A stretch of 64,000 nt of DNA from Chrysomallon squamiferum (GCA_012295275.1 CM022678.1:12772001-12836000); one strand, 5' to 3'. Shown: positions 1-46,972, counted from the stretch's first letter. The notes: generated by a model from the sequence alone, not told the origin. Numbers and translations: made by a program.

Positions 1-1139
1 AACTGAGTCAGTAAAATAAAAATAAAAATTTGAAACAAATTTCTGTGACAAGTGATAATGAATTTAAAGCATTTTAAAGATGACGAATGGCAGTCATTTA
101 TTCATCATGACTTGACAATGCTGTGAAACAGTAAAATTTTAAAAATACAATGATAATGTGTTGTACAATGATGAGGTATGCAGGTAAAAACAATGAATAA
201 AAACTAATTTGTGCTCACAGTATATACAAACAATACTTCCAAGCATTTGCAACCCTATCTACTATAACTGGTCACACTATCACTAAATATTTTAATTTTA
301 GTTTAATTATTACTTTATTTATATAGTTTAAGATTAGTTAAGAACATTTATTTACCATAAAATTAAACAACAAAAGTTAAATATAATTCAGTAAATTTAG
401 TACATGGTTTGATTCTGAAAAAGTAGTTTCACCTTTAGTTTGACACATAAATATAACTTGACATTTTTCTCTTTTTAAAAAATTATTTGGAGAAAGAAAA
501 ATTCCTCAGTAGAAAATCTATAATTGAGGCAAGTTGTTACTATTCTTGTATAAAAAAATCACACTAACTGCTGCTACTACTACTACTACTGCCTGGGTGG
601 TGCAGCTGCTGTCTGTGTGACCTATTTCACCAGACAGGGTCACAGTTTGGCTCATTCTTTATGATTAGAACATTTTAAAACTAACAACAAAGCTCACAAC
701 TCCTTGAAATTGTCATTTATCTTTCTCTGCAGCATAATATAAATATTATTATAAGTTGATTGTTTGTTAATAAACACCAAACAAAATAAAATAAAAATTT
801 GGTGGGTTAAAATACATTTTTTGCTGTTTTTTATTTTTCAGATCTTTAGCTCAACCAGAAGAAGCCATTAGAAATTATTTTTAGTTTCTGTGAAAGTATA
901 TCATGGGAGGTGGCAAGGGAAACAATTTCAGATTGATAATTCTTTTAACAGATTGTAACAACAAGATACCAGAAAACTGATTCTGTTGTTAATGTTGCAG
1001 ATCACTGAAGCCTATCTATGATACCATTTTATAGATTAATAAAGTAATAATAATTTAAAAAAAAATAATTCAAAATAATTTATAAATCAATAAATAATAA
1101 ATAACTTAGAATAATAAATAAATAAATATTGATATCAGC

Positions 1140-1314
1140 AGTCTACAGTAATAATAATAATAAGAAGAAGAAGAAGAGGAAGAAGAAGAACAAAAGGGTG
1201 AATCTGGCCTTTACTGAAATAGATTTACTATTAACTATCTAATGGCAGCCATTATTTCCCCCTGGATATACTTTACAAGAGCCATGCACTATGGGCAATA
1301 TTTTCCTGAAACTG

Positions 1315-1363
<49 letters not shown>

Positions 1364-1378
1364 CTTCAAAAACAACCC
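1140..1378. repeat. Dispersed repeat, copy 1 (downstream of the PHTF stop, probably 3' UTR)
   Basis: GGCCTTTACTGAAAT.GATTTACTA...GCAGCCATTATT...CAATATTTT.CTGAAAC (AAT)n ..TCTTCAAAAACAACCC is shared with 6800-7037. Confidence 0.8.
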
Positions 1379-1626
1379 TTTCAATTAAGAATATCTTCAC
1401 AGCCAACAGATTGAATAAATAAAATAATTATGTAATTATATAATAAAGCACTGAAAAACAGTCGATGGCAATTTGATCACTAATACACTTAAATAAATAA
1501 ATAAATAAATAAATATATTAATGATTGCAACTGAAAATTAAAAGTGAAGAGTAATCTTAAAGGCTTTGCTGACTGCAGCAAACAGTTGCAGTTGTTTTAA
1601 CAATAATAATAAGTTAGTTAGCATAG

Positions 1627-13279
<11,653 letters not shown>

Positions 13280-14849
13280 TCCTGGCCCAATGGCCAGTTG
13301 TCAGATTGTGTATACTTTATTGTTATCTACAGATACTTAATTCCTTCACGTGACAAAACAGCACCAACTTCCTGTTGTACAGTAATTCTGTCCCTCACTC
13401 TTAGAGAACCAATAGCTTGTAATATTATTAACTAAGCTTTTGCCACTACTAGCAAACAATTAAAATATATTTGTTTATTTTTAATTTTGTGTAATGTTAT
13501 ATTCTGCAGTTTTGTCTGTGGATAGATCTGGAAGAAAAATAAAATTAATTATAAACAGTAATTTTTCATTAAACTCATTATAATAAGCGTGTGTGTTTGT
13601 GTGTGTGTCTGTGTCTGTGTTATCAAATAAATATTCATGAATGTTACTGCCTAAAAAAAAAAAAAAAAATAATAAATATGAATAATGTTGTTGATTTGTT
13701 TACAATCAACATTACCAGGAGACTACCTCAATTTGTCGTTTACTGAAACCAAATCTCTGTTGTTGAAAATTTCTGAATTTGTAAGTTTATATTTAAATTT
13801 ACAGTGTGATCATATTCCCAACTAGCTGCAAAAAATAAATGAGTTTGTTTTCTCAAAATCTCCAAGTAATTTTATTTATCACTAATAACATGTTAGAACA
13901 GAGTATATTATGAGTTTATTCAACACTGTATGAAAACTGCACTAGAATGTTGCCTCAGAGTCACTGGTGTTAACACCTTCCAACATGATTTCCTAGGACA
14001 CAGCACATACTAACAAGCTGTGCACAGTATTCTTGATAGTTTATAATACAATATTGCAGATCTATACTTACGTATTTATAACAATAATGTTAATAATACG
14101 TGCATTAATTCTTCTTTGGATTGAATTTTTTTATAATGCAAATAAAAAAAATGGCTTTATGTAGTACTTAATTATTATGATAGTTATAATCAGTGCTTAA
14201 ACAAAAACATTTAAAAAAAAAACAGGAGCAGTAAAATCTTGCCACAGTTCAAAAATGAAGGAACTTCTATTTCCTATGGATGAACGGTCATACACTTTAT
14301 GTACAACTAGAACAGAATGGACTGATGTAGTTTTAACTGATTTTATTATATATCTTATAAAACTTGTTATAATTCATACTTAAATAAAATTTCTCACGAA
14401 CGAAATGCGTATAATCTAAGAACATATGTATGCGAATGATGTCTCCTTATCGATTTATATCACATGCATCCTTTAATAACTAATGATCGCTGGGTGAGAT
14501 GAACCTGTGTGGAGAGATCGCCAAAAACACACGAGAAGCATATTTAATACGAAATTGTCTGTTCAAACGTATCCCGTCAGAACATAACGCACGTTTTCAT
14601 AACACGACAAAAATCTGTTTGTGCCATTCATTTTATGTAACATAATTTCTGTGATTATTTTCTTTTAAGTGTAATATTTTTACAGATCTAAAACACTAAG
14701 AAATTCAGAAATTGTCAAAACCACATAAACACTAAAACAGCTGATTTAGGTTTTTCGAAAAACAACATGACTATAATGATGACCTCGTATATTATATATT
14801 GTTAATGTTGAATGCACAAACGATACCAAAATATAAAAAAAACTAATTT

Positions 14850-15000
14850 TCTAAATACCTCTTTTGATCTAATATTCTCCTAAAAATAAAGCTTCTATCT
14901 TTCATTCGATAAATAAAAGCACCTGCACAATGACATTTTCTCACTTTATGACGTCACAACCTATTTCTTTTTTCTTATTTCCGGTATTTTCCTTATACTG
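14850..15000. promoter_or_regulatory. Candidate promoter in the PHTF/PTRH2 divergent interval
   Basis: Perfect CRE palindrome TGACGTCA at 14949-14956 and an ETS core TTCCGG at 14979-14984. CpGs are locally more frequent over about 14400-16900. A possible minus-strand donor lies at 14857-14858. Confidence 0.4.
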
Positions 15001-15239
15001 CTAGTAAAACAACAATCTTTATTTAATATTATTATACACGTTGATGAACTAGGGTGCAGCGATTCTTGTATAGAAATAATAATAGTAATAACAGTAATAA
15101 TACTTAGTATTTTCTGAATAGCAAAAAAAAAAAAAAAAAAAATTTTTAAATAGAGCGAGAAAAAATGCAATATTGTTAATACTTTAAAAGAAAACGTGAA
15201 AAGTTGTTAGTTTCATTATTAATAACATTCTGTGAACAG

Positions 15240-15281
<42 letters not shown>

Positions 15282-15567
15282 AACATCTGCCATAACACAC
15301 TCAACAAACTATGAAATATAAATTTTATTAGTAATCATATTCTGTAACGAAACTATCAAAAATTAGTTTTATTATTAATTACCTTACTGTAAAGAAACTA
15401 TTAAAAATAAGTTGTTTTTTTTTTGTTTTTTTTTTTAAAATTAATATTCGACCCTATGAAAAGTACGTTTTATTATTAATTATTTTCTGTAGGAAAAGCA
15501 TGAAAAGTAAGCTTTGTTATTAACTATTCTTCTGCCAGGCTACGTATGTACAGTGTCTAAATTCAAA

Positions 15568-15598
<31 letters not shown>

Positions 15599-15843
15599 AA
15601 AGAAAAAGAAAGAAAAATTAAAAGAAAAATAGAGAAGAAGTGACAACAACAACAACAACAGTAATAACAGAAAGCAACAACAAGAGTTTAAGAAGCAGAA
15701 AACGAGTTTTTGTTGTTTATGTTGATATTATGCAGCCCTGATGATTTATTTCTTCCTTTATTCACGTCATGACTGTTTTTAAAATAATAATAATAATAAT
15801 TATTATTAAATACTTTTATTACAGGTTTTCTTGTCGTGGAAAG

Positions 15844-15845
<2 letters not shown>

Positions 15846-15902
<57 letters not shown>
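15846..15902. repeat. (GA)n microsatellite; other examples are (AAT)n at about 1316, 2929, 40924, 47774 and 52421, (GT)n at 17356 and (CA)n at 37114
   Basis: Direct reading of the sequence. Confidence 0.95.
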
Positions 15903-15907
<5 letters not shown>

Positions 15908-16941
15908 TAAAGACAAAAAATCAGCAAAAACCCTACAATTTAAAATATATATAATTCATTTACATACCAAATTAATAAATAAAATTTTATTTTAAAAATA
16001 TTTAAAACAATTCGGAGGGCATTACTATCAAGCAAATTAAATGATTTTCAGTTGATAACACTGGCATAAAGGGTTACTTAACATGAGTTGTAATAAAGAA
16101 AACAGATATTTGCTGTGGTAATTTAAAGCAAAACATAGGCATTAGTAATGATAGAGACAATTTATATCCGTGTCTTAAAATTAAGAATTAATAATCTGTC
16201 TCTCTCCTAAGCCCCCCCCCACAAACATAATTATTATGGTTTAATTATTGCAAAGGAAAATTTCAACAGCGAGAGAATTTAAGAAGTAAAGGTGGTATGA
16301 TATCGCAAGCCAATAAAAGGGAGGTAATTCTTGTCCCACAATTCAAAGAACAAAATGTCAGCGTCCATTGTTTACAACGGTTAACAAAACCATATAATTC
16401 ATTATTTTGTATTTGTGTTATTTCTGGTAACTTGTTAATATTAAAGATATATATGGCAAATTGCCATAGAAATTTATGACCTTACGTGCCATACAATAGA
16501 AAAAACTCAAAAACAAAATCTTTTAAAAGCATGCTCCGGACGTTTACGTAAACTAAAGTTAAAACAATACAAGTTAATCTTTAATAGTGTAACCGTTACA
16601 GTATTATTTATTAAATATTTGCTTATTAATTTCATGCTGCATCATGATTACTTTATCAACGGCTGTGTGGACTTGGAATGCTGTTGTGAATTCTCTTTTT
16701 TTTTTTTATTCTAATTAAAAACAATAGCCATTAGTATTATACTATTAATAGTATCAGTATTCACTAGCCGTGGATTTTCTCACATTAACTAATATCCGTT
16801 ATCTTTATAAATATTATTTGCCGTTACAGAAAAATCAGATGTTAAACATTAATATTTATAGACATTAAACATAATATTTCCACATTTTTTGTTTCATAAC
16901 AAATAAATCAGCTACTATACATCAGACAGTATCGTGTGGAT

Positions 16942-17352
16942 ATGAATACTGAGGATGCTGAAGAGGGTGGTTCTTCAGATGTTGTGGAGACCGCCTTCAA
17001 ACCTCGAGAAGATCTGATTGATGTCATAATGACTCTTGGATTTAGTCGCAATGCAGCAATTAAGGTATTTTCTACACAATCTACATTTATAAGAATTAGT
17101 GTGGATATTTGTAATATATATATATATATATATTTAGAATAAAATATCTTACTTTTTAAAACCTTTTTTCTTCTATTTATTATTTCTTTTTGTTTAGGGA
17201 TTGTTTTATACAGGTAACTTCAATGCAGAGTTGGCAGCAGGCTGGTTATTTGAAAATCAGGATAAGAATCTAGATGCACCTCTAGAAGTAAGATATATAA
17301 ACATTTTTCAAATACATGTAAATACATTAGCATCTTATTTTGCATAGGAGTA

Positions 17353-17403
<51 letters not shown>

Positions 17404-19655
17404 ATTTTGAATATTTATAAATATTTTAAAAAGTTGGCATTTTATTTTGCACAGGAGTAAGATATATGTGTATGTTGTATATATTTTGTGTAATATCTGT
17501 GTGTGTGTGTTTGTGTATGTATATATATATATATATAAATGTAGATGGATATATACTCAAATTTGTATAAAAAGTTAGCATTATATTTTGTACATCATGA
17601 CTAGCCACAATGAAACATCATTCAGTTAGTATATCATCTTAACATTGTGCATGGATTTTTCAAGTGTTCTGTATTTGGTATCATGATTTATCATTGTCAA
17701 TAAACTGTGTTTCAGAACTATGATTTGTCATCTCTACTCAGTATGGACTAACATTCAGATATTCATGTTATATTTCATTTCTGTGTGCTGGAAACTGAAA
17801 TTCACTTATAATTATAAATGAGCCTGTATAAGAGAACATATGATGATAACACAGGATTAAGTAATCTTTCAATTTAGGTTGAGCGGTATCACCCACGGTT
17901 TTACTGTTTATCTCCTTATTTTTTTGTTTTGCTACTGTTAAGATATGAAAAGGATCAGATAAAATATAGTTGTCCTATCATTACTGATGTTGTCAAAAGT
18001 TAAAGAAACTTCTTCTGTCTTGTTATGTCAAGGGAGGTAAATCATGTTAGTTCTTTAACTGTTTGATTTACAGAATTCTAAGAAGCAATGGGATTAAAGA
18101 AACTCTGCCTCGATCTGAACAGGAAATATGATTGTATTGATCAGTTACCACTGTGCATGTGTGTGTGTACTTGTGCAGGGTTTGTGTGTATGGCAATGTG
18201 AATTCATTTTTGTTATCTATAATATTAAGTTATGCACATGTAATACTGCTGTGTGTATAGATATTACAATTAATTTTTTTACTAGTATTAATAATTGTTC
18301 CAAAGTACCCATAATGTCTGAATATGCATTCAGATGCAGGATACAGTCATTTCAAAGTACATTTTTAATACTCGAGATAAAAATAAGAATTACAATAAAA
18401 TAAAAACTTTTATTTCCAGGATGATCTTGAAGAATCTGGAGAAGAGAGCAGTGATGATGTAGAATACGTTGGTTCGGGTGATGTTTACAAGATGGTGTTT
18501 GTTGTAAACGTCCAGCTAAAGATGGGGATTGGAAAAATAGCAGCACAGGTGGCACATGCGGCCTTGAACTTGTACAGAAAGTTAGTGTCTGAGCAGCAGA
18601 AATTTGGTCAGATGCTTATCAACTGGGAACAGTATGGGTAAGTTTGTTTCATAATTTCACCATAATGGAATGATACTTCTAATGCCAGTGTTGCCATGGC
18701 AATGATTAATTTAGATTTCAGGCAACTAGTGATGGAAAGCTGAGGTACAGACTATATGTCATTATTAGTTATATAGACAATATAGACACACAGTGTATTC
18801 AGGTATTATTCTTGGTTGTAGAGGAAAACTGGTCCCAGGAGTTGAAAGAATGAAATTCCACATTCAAGTTTAATGTTTACATTTTTAGTTACACAGCCTT
18901 TGTGAACTCCAGTATCCATCACTATCATTGGACAGCATGTTAACATCTAGAGAGACAAATCATTTGATAAATGCAAAAACAAGCATCTGATTGAAACTAG
19001 TATAAAAAACCCAGTATGGATTATAGTACAGAAAATTATCAGAAAAGTGCTTTGAGGAAAGAGGAGAATGTAAATAAAAGTTTTATTAAATTGTGAATGT
19101 TTTTAAAATGTTTAATTTCAGGGAGACTAAAATTGTGACTGTTACAATGATTATTTTTAAAATGTTTAATTTCAGGGAGACTAAAATTGTGACTGTTACA
19201 ATGATTATTTTTAAAATGTTTAATTTCAGGGAGACTAAAATTGTGACTGTTACAATGATTATTTTTAAAATGTTTAATTTCAGGGAGACTAAAATTGTGT
19301 TAAAGGGTGAGACGTCTGCTCATTTAGCAGATCTTGCTGCCAAGGCTGCTGGCTATGACTTGCCTTATTTCATTGTGCAAGATGCAGGCAAAACACAGGT
19401 TTGTATTGTCAGGTTTTTATTTATTTATTTCTTATTTTTTCAAATTTTACTTGATATTTTGTATTCTAGTTTATAACACACACACACACACACATTGACA
19501 AACACAGTTATGTCTGTATTTTCAGATAAAATAATATTTGAACCTTAAAGTGATTTCTTTTTTTTCAGGTACCTTCTGGTTCAAGTACAGTGCTCGCAAT
19601 AATGGGAAAAGTTGAAGATGTAGACGAAGTTACTGGAAAACTGACGTTGTTGTAG
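16942..19655 (+). CDS. PTRH2: Peptidyl-tRNA hydrolase 2 (Pth2/PTRH2 family) with an N-terminal UBA-like domain, 5 exons, 210 aa
   Basis: Exons 16942-17064, 17198-17287, 18420-18637, 19284-19398, 19569-19655 (633 nt, phases match). PTH2 motifs: YKMVFVVNVQLKMGIGKIAAQVAHAA, WEQYGETKIVLK, IVQDAGKTQVPSGSSTVLAIMG..VDEVTGKLTLL. UBA-like region: IMTLGFSRNAAIKGLFYTGNFNAELAAGWLFEN. The symbol marks the family; this may be the UBA-bearing paralogue rather than the strict PTRH2 orthologue. Confidence 0.9.
19100..19299 (+). repeat. Perfect 54-bp tandem repeat (about 3.7 copies) containing the PTRH2 exon-4 acceptor
   Basis: TTTTTAAAATGTTTAATTTCAG|GGAGACTAAAATTGTG with AGs ending at 19121, 19175, 19229 and 19283. 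Confidence 0.97.
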
Positions 19656-22269
19656 TTGTCATTGTTAAAACGGTGTGAGTTGGACAGTGGTGCTGGGTAT
19701 GTGAGATGATGTAATTATCATTTTCCAAAAATTGTTGGAGTACAAATGGAAATAAAAGCACATATCATGACACAGTAGTGGTTGTGTATGATGATGTTAT
19801 TGTTGTTGCTGCTGTTACTGTGAGAAGACATTATCTCAGTTTCAGTGCATTGATTGTGTCAAGAAGTACTTGTTTGCAGCATTTGTGTATGAATGCTGCA
19901 GCATACTGGTTAAGAAGTTGTCAGAAAATATGGTAAAAAAATGATTACACATCAATTTCTAAGAGATCTGAATTAGAGCAGTAATTGTTAAATATTGTAA
20001 ATACTTACGATATGAAACACGGTTTCATTGAAATTATTTTATTATTTTTTAAAGTTTATTTTTAATGTAAATAAAGCCATTTGTTAATACATACAGATAT
20101 ATATAGGTAGATATGTATATCTATATATATATATATTGCTTTCTCTATCTATAGCTATAGATATTTTTACATTAAGGAGTGTTGTTGGTAAAACCAATCA
20201 TGTGTTAATTTATGATTTGTGTATGTGCTGTATGGGTGGGGACGTGTAATTTTATGGAATGAACTGTGTGCGTGTGCGTGCATGCAAGCTGAAAATACTC
20301 AACAATATACATATACATTCTACATTACACACACATTAAAAATAATGTATGTGTTTTTGTATATATATATATATACATATATATATGTGTGTATGTGTGT
20401 GCGCTTGTATATATATATATAGCCAAGTATTCTTTTCAGTTAACCATTTTGATATAACCTTTTTTCTTTTTCATACAAACAGTTGTCTCTTTAATAACAT
20501 TTCTTGTTTTTTAATACTTTTGTTTAAAAAACTTTTTTTTGTAGATATCAGTGTTTTGATAAGCATAATAGCAATAAAAGTTTTAGAAAAATATTCAGTG
20601 AGGCTTATATTTTGGAATAACATTCTTTTTGGACAGTATTCTTTTAATTCCTGTTCTGCAGAAAACGATCATAACTTTGCACTGTTCATTATTTTCTTAT
20701 TTCTGTTTGAATGATAACAACACATTCCAGTTAAGTCTGATTTTTTAATTTAACAGAAATTCTGACTCTTTAATCAAACTGAAAAACAAATCTATGTGTG
20801 CTGTTGATTTTGCAAAGAAATTTTTTTTTGTAAACCTTTTTTAATTTAACATTTGAGAGATTGGCATATCGTTAGGAATTTTATTTTTATTTTTTTGATT
20901 TAATTTCATACATTAGTATTTTCTTTTTCTTCACACTTCATATTGCTTGGTTTTAATTATCAAATGTAAGGTCAAGTACTAAATGATCGTGAAAATTAAA
21001 ACAAAAGATTGTATAAACACATTACGTGCTATCCTTAAGACCTCACCTCACTAATGTACAACACTGAATTATGTTACCAGTCTTCAAAATACTGCAAGAT
21101 GTTTTTTTCTGTTTTAAACTGGATCTCCACTGACATCAGTACTGCTTCGTTTCCTTTTTCATACACCCTGTATATACGCAATTCTTCATAATACCATATT
21201 TGTTCTGATTTCATTCTTTTGTTACATGTTTGTCTTTTTGAAAATATTTTCGATTTTTAAAAAATTAAAATACCTTTTACATGTAAAATTGGCTTCTGGT
21301 CTTTATTTAATCCATGAAACAAACTGATTTCTATTATTATATATTTTTTTTTACACATCTTTATTTGTTTATTTATTTCAATTTAAAAAAATAATAATTA
21401 ATAATTGTAAAAAGAAGAAAACTGATGGGGGTTATTTGATATGAAAGAAGAAACAAGCTAAAAAGTTGACAAAGAAAAGTCATCATTTATATAAGAAATA
21501 TTTGTTTATTTATACTACATACATATAGCACTGTCTGGTCAGCTGTACATCTTCAAACAACATTGACTACAACAAACCTGAATATTTTAATAATATCTAT
21601 CACTGTTGACAGTTCTAATTAATATGACAAATAAAATAAATGTATTTAAGAAAACGATTCTAGGTTCTGTGAGTAACTGGATGTATTTAACATAATTACA
21701 GTGATTTAATAAAAATAAAATGTGAATTTAATAATTTATTCAGCTGAAATTGTATTTCATTTATAGAATCATTTAATAATTAATTTTGTTAGTGTAATTA
21801 AATATTCAGGTATTCTGATTCATTATTCAACCATTTATAAATCTATAATCCACTAACATTTTTGTAATTTTTAATAAGTTGAAATTCAAAACGATGCTGT
21901 CTTGAAATTTAAAAAAAAGAAGAAAAGAATTCTGATTTATAATATACCTTACATGTTTCAAAATACAATTTAAATAATAAAAATTGTTTTATTTCCTTTA
22001 TAAAATGTTCTTCTCTTCAATAAAATCGGAAACTTTATCACTTTGTTGATTTTTATATCAGTATAAAAAATATAAAACAAAAACAGCAAGAAAAGAAAAC
22101 ATCTTGATTAGTTTGTTTTCTCCAGTATGTTTTTTATTTTTTATGTAATGGTCAAGTGATATATTATGACTAAAAAAGTATACTCTATGTTATTTATAAA
22201 ATTGAAATACAAAAGAATGATGTATGTGAAACCAGCACAATTTAAAAAAAAAATAAAAAATTCTAACAC

Positions 22270-22430
22270 TAGGATGTTGTCATGCAGTATTAGAAGTGTA
22301 TGTAAATACGATGACATCATATTAGAAATACATGCAAATGTGATGACATTGTACAGTATTAGAATTATATGTAAATGTGGTGACATCATACAGTATTAGA
22401 ATTATACATGATGTATAATGTTATAATCAT
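22270..22430. repeat. Approximately 35-bp degenerate tandem repeat (CAGTATTAGAA...TGACATCAT) between PTRH2 and PASK
   Basis: About four copies of cagtattagaa / atgtRatgacat. Confidence 0.7.
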
Positions 22431-24191
22431 GCAATGGTAATAAAACATTATTATATAGAAAGGTGTATACAAATATCTCAAATAATTTGAAACTGCTGTT
22501 ACAAACATCCTTCCATTATTAATAAAAAAAAAAAAAAATCTTTAAAAGATGTAGACTGACATTATTACCTATTTCCTTACCTGGAATTACTTACAAAAAC
22601 AATAAATACAGTAAAAGTCCTGATAAATTGCCATTAATGTGTAAACTAATATAAACTTTATTTATAATGCCCCTTGAATCCAATCTACCATGTAGGTATA
22701 TTCCTAAACAAAACTTGTGTAATGCCATCTGCATTTTACTGCAGACATTTGATATTTTATTTATAGTTCACAATGGCTTACTTTTTTTAACTGTCCTACA
22801 TGCTTATTTGAGATGAATAAGCACATGTAAAATATACTAAGAAGCTACATTTTAATCAAATACAGAAATTTGGTTTTAATTTTTTTTTTCATTTGTGCAT
22901 ATATCAGATGAATAAATAAAAAATAAATAAATAAATAAATTAAATAAATAAATAAATAAATAGATAAATAAATAGCTAAATAAATACAAAATAATAAATA
23001 AATAAATAGAAAACAAGAAAATAAGAAAATTAAACTGTTTCTACTATATTATATGCAGATATTTTAATAATTTTATTTAACCTGTTGTGCTAATAATTTT
23101 GTGTTTTATCATCACTTGTTCAAACAAAAGTCATTCGACAAATGCATTGTTAGATTAAAAGAATACCCAATTATTTGTCAGTTATGAATAACAGCCAGCT
23201 TCTCATTTCTCTCTCAAATTGTTTTGTTTTTAAATAAAATTTATCCACATAATTAATATAATCTTTTGTCCTAGTTTCATTTTACAACAATCATTTTGTA
23301 AAGATATTAACTGTCTTGTGAAGGTTTAGGATGTAAAATCTGTCTTTGTAAAATTTTTAAAATAAAGCTTTATCATGTAGAAACACTTTTTCATAACCAC
23401 TGCAGAAGTTATAATATTAATTAAAAAATACCATGATTAAAAATCCTAATATATTGGCTTTCTGAAGAAATGTTCTGCCAATTGTGTCCAAACTACCATT
23501 CCAAGTATTTATATGAGGTAGATCTTTTCATTGCTGTAAAAAAATTTCTCTTTTTTGTAATGAAAATAGAAATCAATGTTTCATCCATTTCCTATCCAGC
23601 CTTAATTAACAAGATATAATGAATCCAAAAACTAGTGTTTATTTCTCTCATTGCTATCTCCACTTTTTTTTCCCCCTGACTTTCACAATTCTTTCTTTCT
23701 CCATAATCACAGAGCAGTTTTAATTTACAGCAGCATAAAGTCACATTTTCTCTTTTCTTTGAAATCTGTTTGTCTCCCCAGCCTGGTATCAGTGTGAAAT
23801 ATTAACATAGCTTACTTCAGATTTTTTATATACATTTTCTAGAAGCTGCCAAGATTAATTTATATGCAGTAATTTTCAATTTGTCTTTTCTTCTGCATTT
23901 TTTGTTGGAGATTCTTATTCCTCAAAATAAACGAACTGAGATGAACATTTTAAAATATACACAAGTATGTCCTTGGTATTTTTGACTCCATAATCTTCCA
24001 ATCATATGACCTCTTGTAATTTCTGAAGGCAGTGTTCTTTTCCAAATTATAAATTAAAAAAACACAAAAGGAAACAACATAATCTTCTTTACAGTTTGTA
24101 ATATTCTCCTCACATCATTGAAAACAGAAAATCAAATAAACTGCAGCAAGATTTTTCACTGGATTTGAACAATGGCCTGTAGAAATATTTT

Positions 24192-45661
<21,470 letters not shown>

Positions 45662-45681
<20 letters not shown>

Positions 45682-45720
45682 TTACCACAGCAACGATGCG
45701 CGCGCACCTGTACGGTGTTC
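45662..45720 (-). promoter_or_regulatory. PASK proximal promoter and start region: YY1/TISU-like AAATGGCGGAC over the ATG, plus the palindrome TGCGCGCGCA
   Basis: CCGCCATTT (YY1 consensus) at 45675-45683 and TGCGCGCGCA at 45697-45706. CpG-rich within otherwise CpG-poor DNA, and near-identical in the duplicate at 51941-51995. Confidence 0.6.
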
Positions 45721-46589
45721 AACATATTTAAATATCATAAATATTCGTACAAATAATTATAATCTGCTCTCGAATGACAAATTCTTTAAACCACATTTCT
45801 AGTTCATTATCAGTAATGAGTGATTTTATAAATAAATATAAATGTAAAATACACGTTTTCCCAGTAAATATTAGATTTAGTTGGTTCTACGCTAATGAAT
45901 CCATAGAAACCAAATGTATCCTAACCCATCGTATTTTAGCGTTTATCTTACTAAAAGTGATACAACATAGTGATCTACTCTTTGTAGCTAACATGTTTTT
46001 GGTCCATCAGCATTTTTTGTTCATCCCGTCGCAAAATAACAAAATAAAAGTAAAAAAATAAATTAAAATAAATTAAGAAAAGAAGAAGAGAAAGCAACAA
46101 ATGTCTTGTTATAATCAATGAAATTCCTATTTAATTTTCACATCAGTATTTTATGATACGAACCATGCACGGATTTTAATGATGATGATGATAATGATTA
46201 TGATTATTATTATTTAAATAAATAAATAAATAAATAAATAATTAAGTGAATGAGATGAAACCAAGATGTCTATGAAATTGTTTCCGTCATCAGTGGAAAC
46301 ATTTTATTTTTTTTTTCTGTAATAAACTATAGATAAATTAAATTAATATTTTTATATGTATATAATCTTAAAATTATCTATTCTCAGTTAATAAGACAGG
46401 GATCAAATAAACTGCCTTTAAATGCCGATATAAATAAACAATTAGATTTCCGTTTAACCATCACGGGAAAATATACGTTGACGAATAATTAAAGACTGTT
46501 TTAATTTTTTTTAGAGAAGTAAATTAGCGGCAACATTATGGTTAATTTGGTGTAAGATAGAACAGATATTGAACTGCAATTGCTGGTTT

Positions 46590-46810
46590 GTATCTTTGAT
46601 TCCGCGTTTTTTACTGACGTTAGCGGAAACAAGAAAAACTGACTCGAAGCAAAACGAGAATTGACGAGCCTTACCGTAACTTTGTAATACGCCACGGACA
46701 TCCGCCTACGCGCACGTTTACCTATCCTTTTACATTCGTCTGTTCACAGTTTGAAGTATCCGTGTTCTTTAAACAAACCACTGTAGAGCCACCAGAAAAA
46801 CACGTGAAGC
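46590..46810 (+). promoter_or_regulatory. CpG-rich candidate promoter or non-coding first exon of the ZNF gene
   Basis: Cluster of CpGs (ccgcg, tgacgt, gcgga, acgcgcacg) upstream of the ZNF acceptor. Most of it is missing from duplicate copy B. Confidence 0.4.
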
Positions 46811-46938
46811 TAGGAAATTATATTTTATTTTTTTTATTATATCTAAGGATGTTAATAAAAATATATATGCGCCAATATTTGCACTCATTTTGTGCATTCA
46901 ATTAATATCAGTTTTACTGTTTATCGTTTTATTTTTTA

Positions 46939-46972
<34 letters not shown>

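Noticed and set aside
590-655. tRNA-like segment (TGGTGCAGCTG, TGTGACC..GGTCACA stem)
   Set aside because: No full cloverleaf or intact B box; at most a decayed SINE head.
21000-21172. TIR-like end (…ACACCCTG TA)
   Set aside because: I could not find the matching opposite terminus.
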